A DNA stretch of 64,000 bases, taken from NCBI RefSeq assembly GCF_004010195.1, contig NC_057749.1:6637612-6701611 (forward strand), written 5' to 3'. The position numbers and the translations under genes are program-made. This document shows, piece by piece, positions 45,401 to 59,533 of this stretch. The notes below the pieces were generated by a model. That model did not search any database. It saw only the letters and a list, made by a program, of their open reading frames with translations, and was not told the origin of the DNA. The DNA is from Chiloscyllium plagiosum. Its lineage: Eukaryota. The stretch's first letter is position 1. Every line of letters begins with the position of its first letter.

Positions 45401-48149
45401 CTTGAGATGAGTAAAATAACAAACCATTTTGGTGGACTGGGTGTTGCATTGCTGTAGTATTAGGCCAAAAAGTTACCAGTTTCAGGAAACCCATCCTTTC
45501 CCATGATCCAAGCAACCTGTGACCTGGCCAATCTAAAAACCAGCATCGATTCCTATTTAGTTGGACACTGACAAGACAAGATGGTACTGCTTCTTGTCGT
45601 CTGTCCTATACTTTTTTTTAAGATAAGAGAAAAGAAACCAGATCCAAAATCTGGTTTGGAATCTGTGCCCAGGTTCCAGGTTGTGAAACATTGTCATCAT
45701 ATTCAAAAATGATAGATATTTAAGATGACCAATAGCAGTGTGGGGTGAGGTAGTTAGCAGCAAGAAAATCAAATGTTGACAACTCAATGAAAGTCACCAA
45801 AGAGCCTTCCAATTACAGCACCTTCTAAGCCCATGACCGTAACAAGGGCAGCAGAAAAATGGGAACACAACTCCATACCAGTTCCCCTCCAAGCCACTCA
45901 CCATCCTGACTTGGAAGTACATCACTGTTCCCTTACTGACATTGGGTCAAAATCCTGGAATTCCCATCTTCATGACATTGTTGGTCTACTGATAGTATAT
46001 AGACTGCTGTAGGGTCATAGACATGTACAGTATGGAAACAGACCCTTCAGTCCCACTTGTCCATGCCGACCCAATATCCTAAGCTAATCTAGTCCTATTT
46101 TCCAGCACTTGGGCCATATCCCTCTAAACTCTGCCTATTCATATACCCATAGCAACTCGAGTCAAGGCCATATAAGAGTGCCATGCATTGTGAAGCAGTT
46201 GGAAAAAACTGTGATTCTGATATGGAAATACCATTGTGTTTCATTGCCCAGAAAAAGAGAAATAAAACCTTTAGGGTTAATAGTTCCACTTTAGTTGGAC
46301 CCTTACAAGGCAAGATGGTACTACTTCTTGTTGTCTGGCCTATACCTTTTTTAAGAGAAGAGAAAAGAAAAAAAAAGCACTGAATTCTAGCTCCATTAAT
46401 ATCTCTAGCTTTCACATCAGCAGTAAATGGAGATTGAGGTACATTAAGGCAGATGGGTGTTTACTGAAGAGAAACATAGTAGTAATTTGCATTAATAAAG
46501 CTCCTTTATTGTAGCAAAATGTCCCAAGCACTTTACAGGGGTGTTACTCGATTAGATTATATTAGATTCCCTACAGTATGGAAACAGGCCCTTCAGCCCA
46601 ACAAGTCCATACCAATCCTCTGAAGAGTAATCCACCCAGACCCATTCTCCTACCCTATGTTTATCCCTGACTAATGCACCTAATACTTTGGTCAATTTTG
46701 CTTGGCCAATTCACCTAATCTGCAGATTTTTGGATACATACAGAATTTGACACCAAGCCACTTTCAGAGTGATAGCTGTTGCTAAGGGTTGATGTGGAGG
46801 GATACCTTAATCACTGACCAATATAGAACAATACAGCACAGTACAGGACTTTCTACCCTCAATGTTATGCTGACCTCTTATAAACAAAATTGCATGGATT
46901 TGGTGGGGGTACATAGATTTGCATCTTGAAGGATTAAGATTGAACATCCAAGTTTCCCTTGCAGTTATAGTGGCTAAGATCTAGATATCCCAATGACCAG
47001 AAAGTCTTTGGAGAAGCTTAGCCTGGAATTGTGCAATGAGACCATGAAGAATCCATGGACCATGAAGAATCCATGGTGCAGCTGACTCTGTGGGAATTGC
47101 CAGAGAAATTGAATCTTCCAATGAGCAATTCCCCGGCATCTGGAAGTCTTTAAAAAAGTCCCTTGGAGTCAGAGAATGTTTTGACTGACTTAAGCTACCC
47201 AACAAAAATGAAGAGGATTACAAACTACTTATATCTCTGGTATCAATTGGACTGAACTCCCAATTCTACAATAACCAACAGTCCGCAACCTGACCTTGCC
47301 AGCCACGATAAGCACAGACCTCCCAAACTTGTCCGATCTAAAACCAAATACTCCTGACTGAAATGTGTTGACTCCACCCTGACCTGAATCTGACAGATCC
47401 AACATCCACATCCATAACAACACCTTTTGACCCAACTGTGAAGGAACCAAAACCCTGGATCCAACACCTAAAGTTGCCCATCCATCCACTTTGATGGAAC
47501 CCCATACATCTTACCTATCAGGCACTACAGCCGGCTAGCCCTCTCAACTGCCTCGTGCACAACCCCTATGACCGTCCACATACACCTCACTACCTTATAC
47601 GTTTACCTTCCCTTAATCACTGTCAAAGTACCTTTGGGACTTGTAAGTAGATTTCTTGGTTTTCTGCAATGGTGCCTTCAGGACACTCTTCACCTCCTGA
47701 TGCTGCCTGGCTTACTGTGTTCTTCCAGCCTCCTGCTTGTCTACTTAGGATTCCAGCATCTGCAGTTTTCTTTGTCACTAGACTTAGGATCTTGGCTGAA
47801 AACATCAGCAATTGGGAAGTGGGCAATTGTAAAGAAGCTTATTGTTGGTTAAATCTGTTCTGATGGTAATCAGAATACTGGGTTAATGACATGCAATAAA
47901 CTACATGTTGAGGAAGAGCCTCTTCTGATTGGACTCAATGATTTTCTGCTATACTTGAGCATGCATGGTCTGTTAGGGGGAATTGAATAAGAATGCTGGG
48001 TACATTTTGCAAGGTGGGAAAGCTATAAGCAAGCAAAGTGCTTACAGCTCAGATTGGGCATTAGTGCCACAGTGTGTAGGTATCATCAGGGTACAGTATG
48101 GGAAATCAAGGACAACTCAGGCAATTTATGAAATAGCAATAAGTGTGAC

Positions 48150-48600
48150 TTGATTTGATTTGATTTAATATTGTCACATATCCCTAAGTACAGTGAAACG
48201 TTTTGTTTTGCATGCAGTACAGGCAGATCATAACAAACAAGGGCATACAGATCATAGGGTGATTGAAGAGCGCAAAGCATATTCAGTTATGGTTATATTG
48301 AAGGTGAAAAAAAAGCAAAATCAACCTTAGATTTGAAATTTGAGAGGTCCATTCAGCAGTCTAATAACGGCGGGGAAGAAGCTGTTCTTGAACCTGTTGC
48401 TGCGTATATTTAAGCTTTTGTATCTTTTGCCTAACAGAAGAGATTATAGCTGGGGTGGGGTGGGGGTGGAGTGGGGAGGGAGTTGTACTGATGATGCTGG
48501 TTGCCTTCCTAAGGCAGTGAGAAATATAGATGGAGTCAGTGGATGGAAGGTTGGCTTGTGTGATGTATTGGAATGTGTTCACAACTCTCTCTGTAGTTTC
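48150..48600 (-). mobile_element. Rex1/Babar-like LINE 3' end
   Basis: Minus-strand remnant DSIYISHCLRKATSII, gaagaagctgttcttgaac (FKNSFF on minus strand) and (atcaa)n tail. Confidence 0.55.
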
Positions 48601-49379
48601 TCATCTCATTTGGAAAAGAAACAAAATTATTAGTTGCGTTGCAGTGTGAATCATCTCAAGAAAGCTATTGGGGAACAGGATACATTTGATAGAGCTATGA
48701 AGAACAGGATGTGGAAGATTCAACTTCAAAGATGGGCTAAAGAGAATGTGGAGTTGGATATTCTAAGGAATGGATCTTTGGTCAATTAGAAATGTTACAG
48801 GTAGTTTCAAACTAAGAGAAAAAGAACATAATTGGGCAAAGGCAGCCGGTAGGTCTGAACGGAATACTTTTAAAAAAGCAAATAATACACATAAAAAATT
48901 AATAAGTATGAGAAAAAGCCAGAAACTCAGTGTAATTAGACCATACACCAGGTAGCGATGGTGCCTGAAGGCACTCAGCAAGGCAGCTAAGTTAAAACAT
49001 ACGAGGGGAAAAAAATACAAGTGAGCTAAACAGTCCTCCAGGAAGTCCACCAGTAGGTGATGACAGTTACGGAGAGCAGCTGGAGCAGTTCAATGGACTC
49101 TCATTGGAAAGAAAGTCTGGCTTTGGCAGAGAGTGGATCAATGGAAAGGGCAAACATAAAAGGAATAACTCACTGCAATATAACACACACAATCATTCAA
49201 TGCACTTAGTATAAGTAGTTCCTTCTTTATCATTAATCTCCCTTCTTGTTTGTGATCTGATGCCAGTAGTAAAATGAATTATTGTTCTACAATCATTGGG
49301 CCATCCATGGTTTGAAATCTCATGTTACAACAAAAACAAATAGTAAGAGTTTTGATAAATATTTAAAGAAGAAGTAAGT

Positions 49380-51030
49380 GTTGGTCCTGTGGAATGTGAG
49401 TTTAGTGGATTAATAATGTAACATAAAGGTGAATTGAATTGGCATTTTGCATCAGTCTTCACTAGAGATTGGAGCTAACATCCCAGTAATGGTGATAAAT
49501 CAGGAAGTTGGATAGAGCGAGGAATTATGGAAAAGCATCATCGTCGGAGCAAATGATATTGAGCAAGAGGTTATTTGTTGTAAGGTAGAGGTGTTGAACT
49601 AGCTCCTGAAGACAACTTCAGTAAACAACTTGTGAGGCTTTGGGTGTTTCTTTTTAAAGTTGGACCAATGGAAGCAGACAGCATGTGACCAGCTGTCTCA
49701 CAGACCAGACCTTATTATATTTTAACTTTAGCAGCAGAAGCTGTTTGTGGTCTCAAAAGAGTTAGAAGCTTCAGTGAATGTCTCTTGGTTGCTACAATCT
49801 CTGGATTTTCTCTTGATGTTTCTTCCTCCTGGATTGGAGAACTGCATGGAAAAATCTCTGCCTGAATTTGTCTTTTTGCCAAGAGGTGTGTTTATGGGAT
49901 GTTACAAAATTGAAACAATTAATTATTAATAGGTATTGTATTCGGTTAAGTTTTCCAATAGTTGGAATATTTTCCAATAGTTCCAATACATTCCTCTTTT
50001 GTTTTTTTAACTATAGTATTTAAATTGCTTTTTGCTTAACATCAAGTAGTTTATTGCATCTGGAACACAGTGTTTCACATCTATATTTAAAACGAGAACA
50101 ACTTGGGGTCTGGGCTATCTTATTAAAATATTTTGAGGGGGGTCTGATCCCCACCAGAGCAGATAAATGCTCAGGTCCTGATAGACTTCATCTTCAGGTT
50201 GTAATCAGTGAGATAGTTGATACATTGCTTCTCATTTTCCATTGATTTCAGGGATGGTCCCATTAAATGGGAAGATAGTAAATGTAACTCCTTTATTCAA
50301 AAAAGGGGAGACAGGAAACTACAGGCCTGTTAGTTCACACCTGCCATGGGGAAAATTTTAGATGCCAATATTTAAAAAGTTGTAACCTGGGTATGTTGAA
50401 GCTAACTGGGATAGAATCAACATGGTTTTGTGAAAGGGAAATCATGTTTGGCCAGTCAGTTAACTCTGTGGATACCTAGGTTCCAAGAGGTATTTGATGA
50501 GGTGCCATATTAAACAATAAACCCCATTTGGAGTATAGTAAGCAGATTTGGACACCACACCATAAGACAGTATATTGGCTTTGGAGGAATATGATGTAGG
50601 TTTATAAGAATGATACTTGGACGTTACGGGTTAAGCTATGAGGAAACATTATAAAAATTAGGCCTGTTTTCTCTAGAATTTAGGTGGTTAATGGATGTTC
50701 TGATTACTACCTTGTAGACTTCAACAGGATGCGACAGGGTAGGTGAAAATCGACAACTGGGGGCATAGCCTAAAAATTAGGACCAGACCATTCAGGAAAA
50801 ATGTTAGGATGCACTTCTACACACAAAGAGGGTGGTAGATGTTTGGAATCTTGTCCACAAATGGCAACAGATCCTAGATCAGTTATTAACTTTAAACCTG
50901 AGACAGATAATTTTCTGATTTTACTTTTTGTTTTAAAGGATATGGGCAAATGGAAGGTATACGGAGTTAGGCCACAGATCTCAATGAATGGCAAAACAGA
51001 TTTGAGGGGCTGAATGGCCTCTTCCTGTGT
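49380..51030 (+). mobile_element. Highly decayed CR1 ORF2 interrupted by an LTR-like element
   Basis: ttttgcatcagtcttcact, gtaactcctttattcaaaaaagg (VTPLFKK), ggttttgtgaaagggaaatcatg (GFVKGKSC). Confidence 0.7.
49579..50156 (+). mobile_element. Solo-LTR-like element
   Basis: Begins TGTAAG, ends ..CCA, interrupts CR1 collinearity, shares motifs with 63445-64000. Confidence 0.45.
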
Positions 51031-51304
51031 TATGGCGACTAATAAAACTTTATATTGAAGGATACAGCATTTTACAACAGAGAGTAAATTTGTTGGTTAA
51101 GAGAAAACAAAGGGTAGACATAAATGGATCTTTTTCAAACTGACAATGTGTAATGAACAGTGTTGCATAGGGCCCAAGTAGCCCATGCTATGACCATGAG
51201 TGGTGATGTGCTTACAATAGGGGATAAGCAAAGGGCCACAATTGAAGGAGAAGCAGAGATCTTAAAGAGCTCTTACACTTGGATGGTTTGCTTCCATGTT
51301 GGTC

Positions 51305-51645
51305 TAATATGGTTAGCACTACTACCTCATAGCACCAGGGACCCATGTTTGATTCCACCCTCAGGCGACTACCTGTGTGGAGTTTGCACATTCTCCCTGT
51401 GTCTGCGTGGGTTTCCTTTGGTTCTCTGGTTTCCTCTCTCAGTCCAAAGAGGTGCAGGTCGGGTGGACTGACCATGCTCAGTTGCTGACAGTGTCCAGGG
51501 ATGTGCAGGCTAGGTGGGTTAGCTGTGGGAAATGCAGGACAACAGGGATATGGTTAGGCGAATGGATCTGGGTGGGATGCTCTTCGGCGAGTAGGTGCGG
51601 ACTCAATAGGCCAAACTGCCCGCTTCCACACTGTAGAGATTCTAG
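51305..51645 (+). mobile_element. HE1/V-type SINE
   Basis: tggttagcactactacctcatagcaccagggac head and V-domain. Confidence 0.8.
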
Positions 51646-54388
51646 GAATACACTGAAATGCACAGTTAATATCTTAATCTTCAGGAAAGTTATGAGCAAG
51701 GGTCACACAATGAACTCTGATTTCTCTTCACAGATGCTGCCAGACCCGAAGAAATTTTTGTTTTCGTTTCCAATTGACAGCATCCACAGTTCTTTCAGTT
51801 TTTCTTAATCTTCAGGGTGGTCAATCAGCATGTATTGACTGACAAAGACCTTTTATTACATCTTTGAATAATGAAACACAACACAGAAGTGAAGCTTTCC
51901 ACTGGACTGTGCTTTATTTCAGTCGAAGCAGAATAGCATTAACTACAGAACTACTGCATTTTTACACTACATTGAATTGTCAGAATTACAGGGCATGTTC
52001 TGCTTGTGTATACAATCTCTAATTTAAATTACATCTCTGGCAAGAAAGAAAATAGGGAGGGAGGATGGGGGGAGTAGAGAAAATCTCGCCATTCCCCCCC
52101 AAAAAATAAATACCAGCAGTTGTGACAATTAAATTATTAAAATTCAAGAAGCAACAATGATAACAAATTACACCCAGAATACTTTAAACCTGATCATAAA
52201 TAGCAAATAATAAATTATTTAAATATTGGATCTTAAATAGACAGACCATACAAATATCCGCGGTGGCCTGGACTTTTTTTTTTCATTTCATTTAATATTA
52301 TTCCTCATGGTAAAACACTGAAAATCTTAAATTCTTTGTTTTTTTTCTGTGAATTATAAAGAAAACCATTGTTAAAGAAAGGAAAAAAATATGCTTTCGT
52401 ATATATACAAGTGCAGCAAGATCTCAGTAGCTAGTTTGCAGTACCTGTAATTAGAGGAATTCATTAATTAAAAGCTCTTATCTGTTATGCATTTTCTTTA
52501 CCGCTGGCTTAATGCGAGTGAGATCACCTTTTATCCTGGCTGACTTTCATGAATGTAAAGTCTGTGCTGAGCAGAAGCAAAGGCATTTACAATAATCTGT
52601 GGTAATGTAAGATATGTTATTCCTCTTTGTTAATTGCTGACTTCTTTTTACATGTTACTGCTGTTTACTGTCTCTCTTCAGAATAGAAAAATGATTAAAA
52701 TAAGGTCCTACAATGTAAATCATTTGTTTCTCAGGCAATGTATCAATTCATTAGTATTAAAAGTCAGGGAAGCTTGAATTGATGATATGATCAAACCAGT
52801 CTTGCATTTTGTCGTGTTAACATTGATGACATTGTGTCATAGTTCACTCCGAGTTCAGATCATATGATAACATGCACACTGTAGTGCCAGAGCTCTGGTA
52901 AAACTCCATAGTTCTTTCCATCACATGGATGACCAGGAATGAGGATGACCCTCTCTTATCGGCTACCAATGATATGTTGGAAGGATCAGGTTGTGTTATT
53001 ATCACACCCTCCTTGAACATTGAGTCCTGGAGTAGACCTTGAATCCAGAACTTCTGGCTCAGAAGAAAGGACACTGCTGAGCGTTCAATCAGAACTTCTA
53101 TATTACAATTAGAAGGCCCGTAATTTTGTTAGTGCGTTTTGATACATTATATCGTCTAGTTGATCTGTTACTGGTAATCCACAGAACCTGATTTCAGGTC
53201 CCACCATGGCAGTTTGAGACTTTGGGGATTGGTGGGGAGGCTAGGTAGGGTTTTCTGACCATCATGAGTGTGGAACAGACTTAATGGACCAGTTGGTCCT
53301 TCTCAATTGACCACTACTTTCAGTTGGCAATAATGTAAGAAGGTAGTTAATGCTCTTCAGCAAGGCTTGGGTTACCCAGGGCTACGTCACAATCTCACAG
53401 CAAGTAATGTGCGAAATGGTTTCAATCCAAAGACAACTGCTGCCTTAAATCAATTAAGAAGGAATGGTTTTCCTTTGTTGCATAAATAAATGGGGTGTGT
53501 GAACTCTTCAAGGCTTCCTATTTTAATATTTCCAATATCTGCAGTTCTTTTGTCTTGTATTTCCTATTTTAATGTTAGTGGTGATTGAATAACTCTGGAA
53601 CATCAGAAACCAAAACAGAAAGTGCTGGAAAAGCTCAGCAGGTCTGGCAGCATCCTTGGAGAGCAATCCAAATTGACGTATCAGGTCCCTTCTTCTTTCA
53701 CGAATGTTGCCAGACCTGCTGAGTTTCTCCAGTGATTCTCCAAGTGGGACCTAATGAAAGGTGAGTTCTGTGTAAATCATAATGCAACATCAAAACCCAA
53801 CATATTTAAAGGGGCTTTGCTCATGGAGCATCTTATTGGTACTTACCTACACCAATAATATGCCAAGAATAGCATAGGTGGCTAATGATAGATATGTCCA
53901 ATTGAATTTGAATTGTACTCCTCAGTAAAAGGTGAACATTAACCTTAGGGGCGTTTCTAAGTTAACAAACAACATGTGTTCATGTCCCAAGCTGGGAAGA
54001 ACTACATTCCCCTTCTTTCACTTGGCACAAGAAAAAAACTTACAAAATGGCACAAAAAGTAAATGCCTTGAGGCACAAGGTGGTAATACAATTAGACAAT
54101 TTGCTGTTTGTATATAAGAATATTTAACTTTGTAATCCATAAATTTCTCTAACAATGGCACTTTTAACTTGCCAGAGTTGGATGTCCTTTCTCATAAATT
54201 AGAAAAAAACTGAAGCAAGACAAGGATTTAAAAATTAATTTTGATTTTTGATACCATGGATCTATATTGCGTAAGTGTACTGAAATTACTTATCTGTATT
54301 ATTAGATGTTCACCTATTTGTTATGTTTAAGCATTGTTGTCAGGCAAGGGAGGGTTTGATCAGGGAAATTAAACTGATACTGCAGCAA

Positions 54389-54512
54389 GCCTGAAGAAGG
54401 GTTACACCCGAAACATCAACTTCTCCACCTCCAGATGCTGCCTGGACTTGCTGCGTTCCTCCAGCCTCCTGCTTGTCTAATTTGGATCCCAGCATCTGCA
54501 GATTTACTGCCT
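54389..54512 (+). mobile_element. Penelope-like repeat family B arm with hammerhead-like core
   Basis: ctgaaga 54391-54397, a, gggt-tac-accc, gaaa 54410-54413, catc. Confidence 0.7.
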
Positions 54513-54774
54513 TGATAATTGGTGCATTTTTCTAGTCATTGACTAACTTTGTTGGGAGTGACTTTCTGTCTTGTTAAAAGGGAAGAGCATCTACGTGGTG
54601 ATGCTGGAGCCATTAATAATGAGATGAACAGTGCTGACCATGTTCAAACATGGATACAATCATGGACAATAAGGGATTGCTTTGTCCATTCCACTGAAAT
54701 GTTTCCAAACAGACATGATAATAAGACATCAGAATATCAGTTCATTATAATCTGCTAATCTGAATCACCAAGGC

Positions 54775-55770
54775 CTTTTCCCTGGGTTAGGGGAGTCCAA
54801 AACTAGAGGGCATATGTTTAAGGTGAGAGAAGACAGATTTAAAACGGACCTGAGAGCCAATTGTTTCACACAGAGGGTGGTGCATGTATGGTACAAGCTG
54901 CTAGAGGAGGTGGTAGAGGCTGGTACAATTACAACATTGCAAAGTTATTTGGACAGGTAAATGAATAGGAGAGGTTTAGAGGGTTACGGGGCAAATGAAG
55001 GAAAACTGGACTCATTCAGTTTAGGAAACCTGCTCTCCATGGATGGGTTGGGCTGAAGGATCTGTTTCCATGCTGAATGACGTTGGATCTTGGAAGGGCG
55101 TTGTGGGTGAATTTGATACCCTTAGCAGATATGCTGCAGGATGCAAAATTTCCCTGTGCACTTAGCCAGCAATGCCCACATTCCCTGAACGAACAAAGGA
55201 AACAAAATGGAAAGGTAAGCACTGAAACTGATCCGAGCATGTGTGCACTCTGTACACGCTTGCCTCAAAGTGTCTGCAGCTAAGTGTAGTGAATTGTGGA
55301 ACATGGGACTAGATTGGGTTGGGATGCCTGGTCAGCATGGATGAATTGGACCGAAGGATCTATACCTCTCTGACTCTATGACTCAAAGTGTTGGTATCTG
55401 ATTTGTCCCTATGTAGAGACCTTATTTTGAAACATTTATGTACGTGATGAAAGGCCACTCCATTACCTTACATACGGCAGCAGCTCAAGCAGGTCATAGA
55501 GTCATAGAGCTGTCCAGCATGGAAACAGACTCTTTAGTCCAACTCATCTAAGCCGACCAGATATCCTAAATTAATCTAGTCCCATTTGCCAGCACATGCC
55601 CCATATCCCTCTAAACCTTTCTTATTCATATACCCATCCAGATGCCTTACAAATGCTGTAATTGTACAAGCCTCCAGCACTTTCTCTGGCAGCTCATTCC
55701 ATACACACATCACCCTCTGTGTGAAAAAGTTACCCCTTAGGACCCTTTTAAATCTTTCCTCTCTCACCCT
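54775..55770. mobile_element. CR1 3' ends: plus ~54775-55080 and ~55300-55385; minus ~55493-55770
   Basis: Standard CR1 3' UTR and (ctatgact)n tails. Confidence 0.8.
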
Positions 55771-57550
55771 ACTCTTGCCACTACTCTTCCAAAGGGAATC
55801 AAGAGATAAATGTTGGTCAGGTCAGCAAAGCCACATCCCATGAAAGAAATAAGAATAGAATTTCTCAGCTTAAGATCAAAAAAGGAACAGCAATTATCTG
55901 AGTTGCTCTTTATCCCGAACTTTGTAGGGGCCTCAATTTTATCCTTCCTGATTAAATAAAGATAATAGAAATGGTATAAATGTTGAAGTCGGCTAATTCA
56001 ACTAGTTCAACAATTTGTCTTGAGATTTTTTAAATATTTAAAGATATATCTGTCCTATTTAAGATGTAATACGCAGTATGATCACCAATTTGATAAGTGG
56101 AGTGTCAGGGCAATGGATATGAATCAGGGAGAAGTGTACAGCCATCTACAGCCCATCATGAGGTGTACATCTTGGGAGACACTTACCAAATGCTGGAGAG
56201 TAGACTGAATTGTACTGTCAAGCCATGTTTGGGGAACTGTACCAATATGCCAGGACTCATTGGCAATGCATGCAAAGCACAGAATTACTTCATTCATCAT
56301 TGCTGGTTAGCTATTATCTTAAAGCAGGCAAAAGAAATGAGCAATACAGGGAGAATTGCTAACTTAATTATACAAGCTGAAACTTCACCCTCCTCAAACC
56401 GATCACCGAAGCCAACAGTTCCACTTTTGTTACCCTTCGGTTATGTGCTAAGGGCACCTTAACAATGGATGGTGCTGTAAAAGACAAGTTCACTCTTGTA
56501 CCTTTTATGGTGTGCGAGAACATCACCTCAAGTTTGGTCCTAGCAACAGTGGTAACAAGGTCATATAACTCCAGAGCAACACAATCACTTCATTGCCTGA
56601 GAAACGAAATGTCAGTCAACATTCGGCTGATTTAATATGAATAGATTTAGTATTTATAGTTTGAAATAAATACCTGGGAACAGCAACAGCAGCGTTTCTA
56701 TATGTTACAAGTAACCGCTAGTGCTTTAATGGTGATAGTTTCAATATCTCATCAGCTACTGTATATAAGGACATAGCTCATGAGCCAGCTCTTCAGTAAT
56801 ATAAAATGAATGTTCCGCTCCCATATATTTGCAGAATCGATTGTCTCTCCACTGTCTGAGTGCCTCCCAAATTACTTAAGTGTTTCTAAAATGACTCTTA
56901 AATCCTATGAAGCCGTTTCTTGTATGCAAGTATTTTTCCCTAAATCACCATGAAATGTTATGATCTTTTTTGTTTTTACTTACAACTATAAGATAAGATT
57001 TAAAAAAAGTTTGGTCCTTTGGTCCCTAATCATCTAAGGAATGATATGACTTTACAGTAGTAGAACTTTTATATCCCTGTGCCAGCTTTCGAAATGTCCC
57101 TTTATTCCGTAATATTCTTCCAGTTTCAGAAGCAAGGATGTGTTGTGTTGGCTGTAGGCACACAAACTCTTCCAGCTGGCTTTGGTTTTTTTTTCTTAAA
57201 AGTCAGTATTTACCATTTAATCCTCTGAAAAACAGTTATTCAGTACTTGTGGATTAATTCAGTCGTGGTGTGTCACAACGTCCTCATCATAGTTCCAGTG
57301 CGAATATGATTTTTTTTGTCGTCTTTTTTTTGTGTTTTTGTTTTTTTTTGTTTCCATCCAACTTTCATCCATTTTTGGTTTCCCCCCCCCACCCCCCTCC
57401 CCCCTCCCCCCCAGTTGCTCCTGAAGTGTCTCCCCCTTTTGAAATCTAATCTGTCGTCTTCCACAGTGATACAGAGCAAAATAAAAGAGTCATAGTTTTC
57501 AGACTGTAATTGTGACAAAGAATCACTGAATGCGGTGATGCTTCCATCCT

Positions 57551-57604
57551 GAGAGAGAAAGAGAGAGAGAGAGACAGAGAAAGAGAGATGGACAGAAAAG
57601 AGAA
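57551..57604. repeat. (GA)n-rich purine tract, a polypyrimidine tract on the minus strand
   Basis: gagagagaaagagagagagagagacagagaaagagag. Confidence 0.85.
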
Positions 57605-57961
57605 ATACGGTGAATTAATAAAACAGGAAAACAGTAACTGGCAATATCAAACAATTCAGTGGCAAAGCCAGACCCTACAATTATCCAAAATGAATGTTTT
57701 AAATGTGCCATCATGAATTTTCACCATCTCCCTACAGTGTTAAATGCCTCATTAATGATTGGTGAATGTCAGAAATGGAAGGACTTTCTGTGAAAGAAAA
57801 ATGGGACTTTTCCCTTTTTCTCTTGCTCCCAGTGTATGTAGCAAATCTTTCTAACTCAGACACAACACGGAGATCCCTTTATTTGACCCTGGCAACAGCA
57901 AAATCAAGAACAAATACTGTCACTCCAGTATATCAGTTTCCTTGTTGGTACTGAGATGTTG

Positions 57962-59533
57962 TATAGAGTCATCGAATTGTACAGCACGGAAAGAGACCCT
58001 TTGATGCACCTCATCCATGCCAGCGAGATATTCTAAATTAGTCTCTTCCCATTTGCCAGCACTTGGCCAATAGCCTCCTAAACCCTTCCTATTCATATTC
58101 ATTCTGATGCCTTTTAAATACTGTAATTGTAACAGCCTCTATTACTTTTTCTGGCAGCTTGTTCCATACATGCACCACCCTCTGCGTGACAAAGTTGCCC
58201 CTTAGGTCCCTTTTAAATCTTTCCCCTCTCATCTTAAACCCATGTCCTCGAGTTTTGGACTCCCCTACCTTTGGAAAAAGATTTCGGCAAGTCCCCCTAT
58301 CCCGGCCCCCTCATGATTTTATAAACCTCAAAAGGTCACCCATCAATCTCTAATGCTCCAGGGAAAATAGCCCCAGCAACATCCCTGTAAATCTTTTCTG
58401 CACCCTTTCAAGTTTAACAACATCTTTGCTATAGCAGGGGACCAGAATTGAATGCAATATTCCAAAAGTAGCCTAACGAAAGTTCCTGTACAGCTGTAAC
58501 ATGACCTCCCAACTCCTCAACTCAATCCATTGAGTTAGGATGTCATGTTGTGACTATACATGATTCATAGCGAGCATTTAAATATAATCACAGGTGACTC
58601 CAAGCTAATTCCTTTGATCTATGAGAGGACTGCAAAATCTAAAAGAATGGGATACTTCAAACACCAAGCCGGGCATTGGGATAAACAATGAGTTCACGAT
58701 GGATTTGTGGCAAAACATACTCTTTGTTGGCAGAGTTCTGAGAGGTAAACAAAACAAACTAAAGACAAAAAGGTGTTTAATGTGTAACTAAACCTTTCAA
58801 TGACTACCAGAAATCCTCAAGTTCTTGAGAACGATTTCAGAATTTTGTTAAAACTCAGGTAGCTAGGGCATAGAATGACTCACAAGTTTCACAAAGTTAA
58901 AGAAAATAAAAGATGGAGAAACCTTTTCTCTCTCCACGGGTTAAGGTTTTTTTAAACAAAAATTTCCTCAGAAAGAGTTGTTTTGAGGTCAAACTGGCCT
59001 TTGAGACGTTACTGAGAAGGGGAATACAGAAATTTACAGTGTTTCTTTATTTACTTTATAATTATGGAAATTGTGGATGAAAATCAGTGTTCTGTGAAGT
59101 AAGGGATAATTGATTTTCAAGTTATGGGAAGAGACTGGATAGGCCGGGATGCTTTTCCCTGGATCATAGAAGGCTTGGGGGCAACTACAGAGAGGATTAA
59201 ACAATCATGAGGAGCATAGATAGAGTGGATAGCCAAGCTCTTTTCCCCAGAGTAGGGGAGTTCAAAACTGGATGGCATAGGTTAAAGGTGAGAAAGAAAA
59301 GATTTAGAAGAGACATGAGGGGCTACTGTTTCATACAGAGGGTCGTGCGTATCTGGAACAAGCTGCCAGAGGAAGTGGCAGAGGCGGGTATAATTCCAAC
59401 ATTTAAAAGACATTTGGGCAGGTACATGGTAAGGTTTGGAGAGATATGGGACTAGTTCAGTTTCTGAAACTTGGTCAGCATACATGTATTGGGTTGAAGG
59501 GTCTGTTTCGGTGCTGTGTGGCTCTATGACTCA
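57962..59533. mobile_element. CR1 3' fragments: minus ~57962-58530, plus ~59120-59533
   Basis: ORF 59207..59455 (RVVRIWNKLPEEV) and tails. Confidence 0.8.

Larger units (their letters stand above)
51890..57548 (-). other. Probable terminal exon / long 3' UTR of an unidentified convergent gene
   Basis: Minus strand: ~55-nt pyrimidine tract ending ctctcAG at 57549-57550; AATAAA at 51913-51918 followed by tgtgttgtgttt; both ends are repeat-free and U-rich on the minus strand. Confidence 0.5.
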
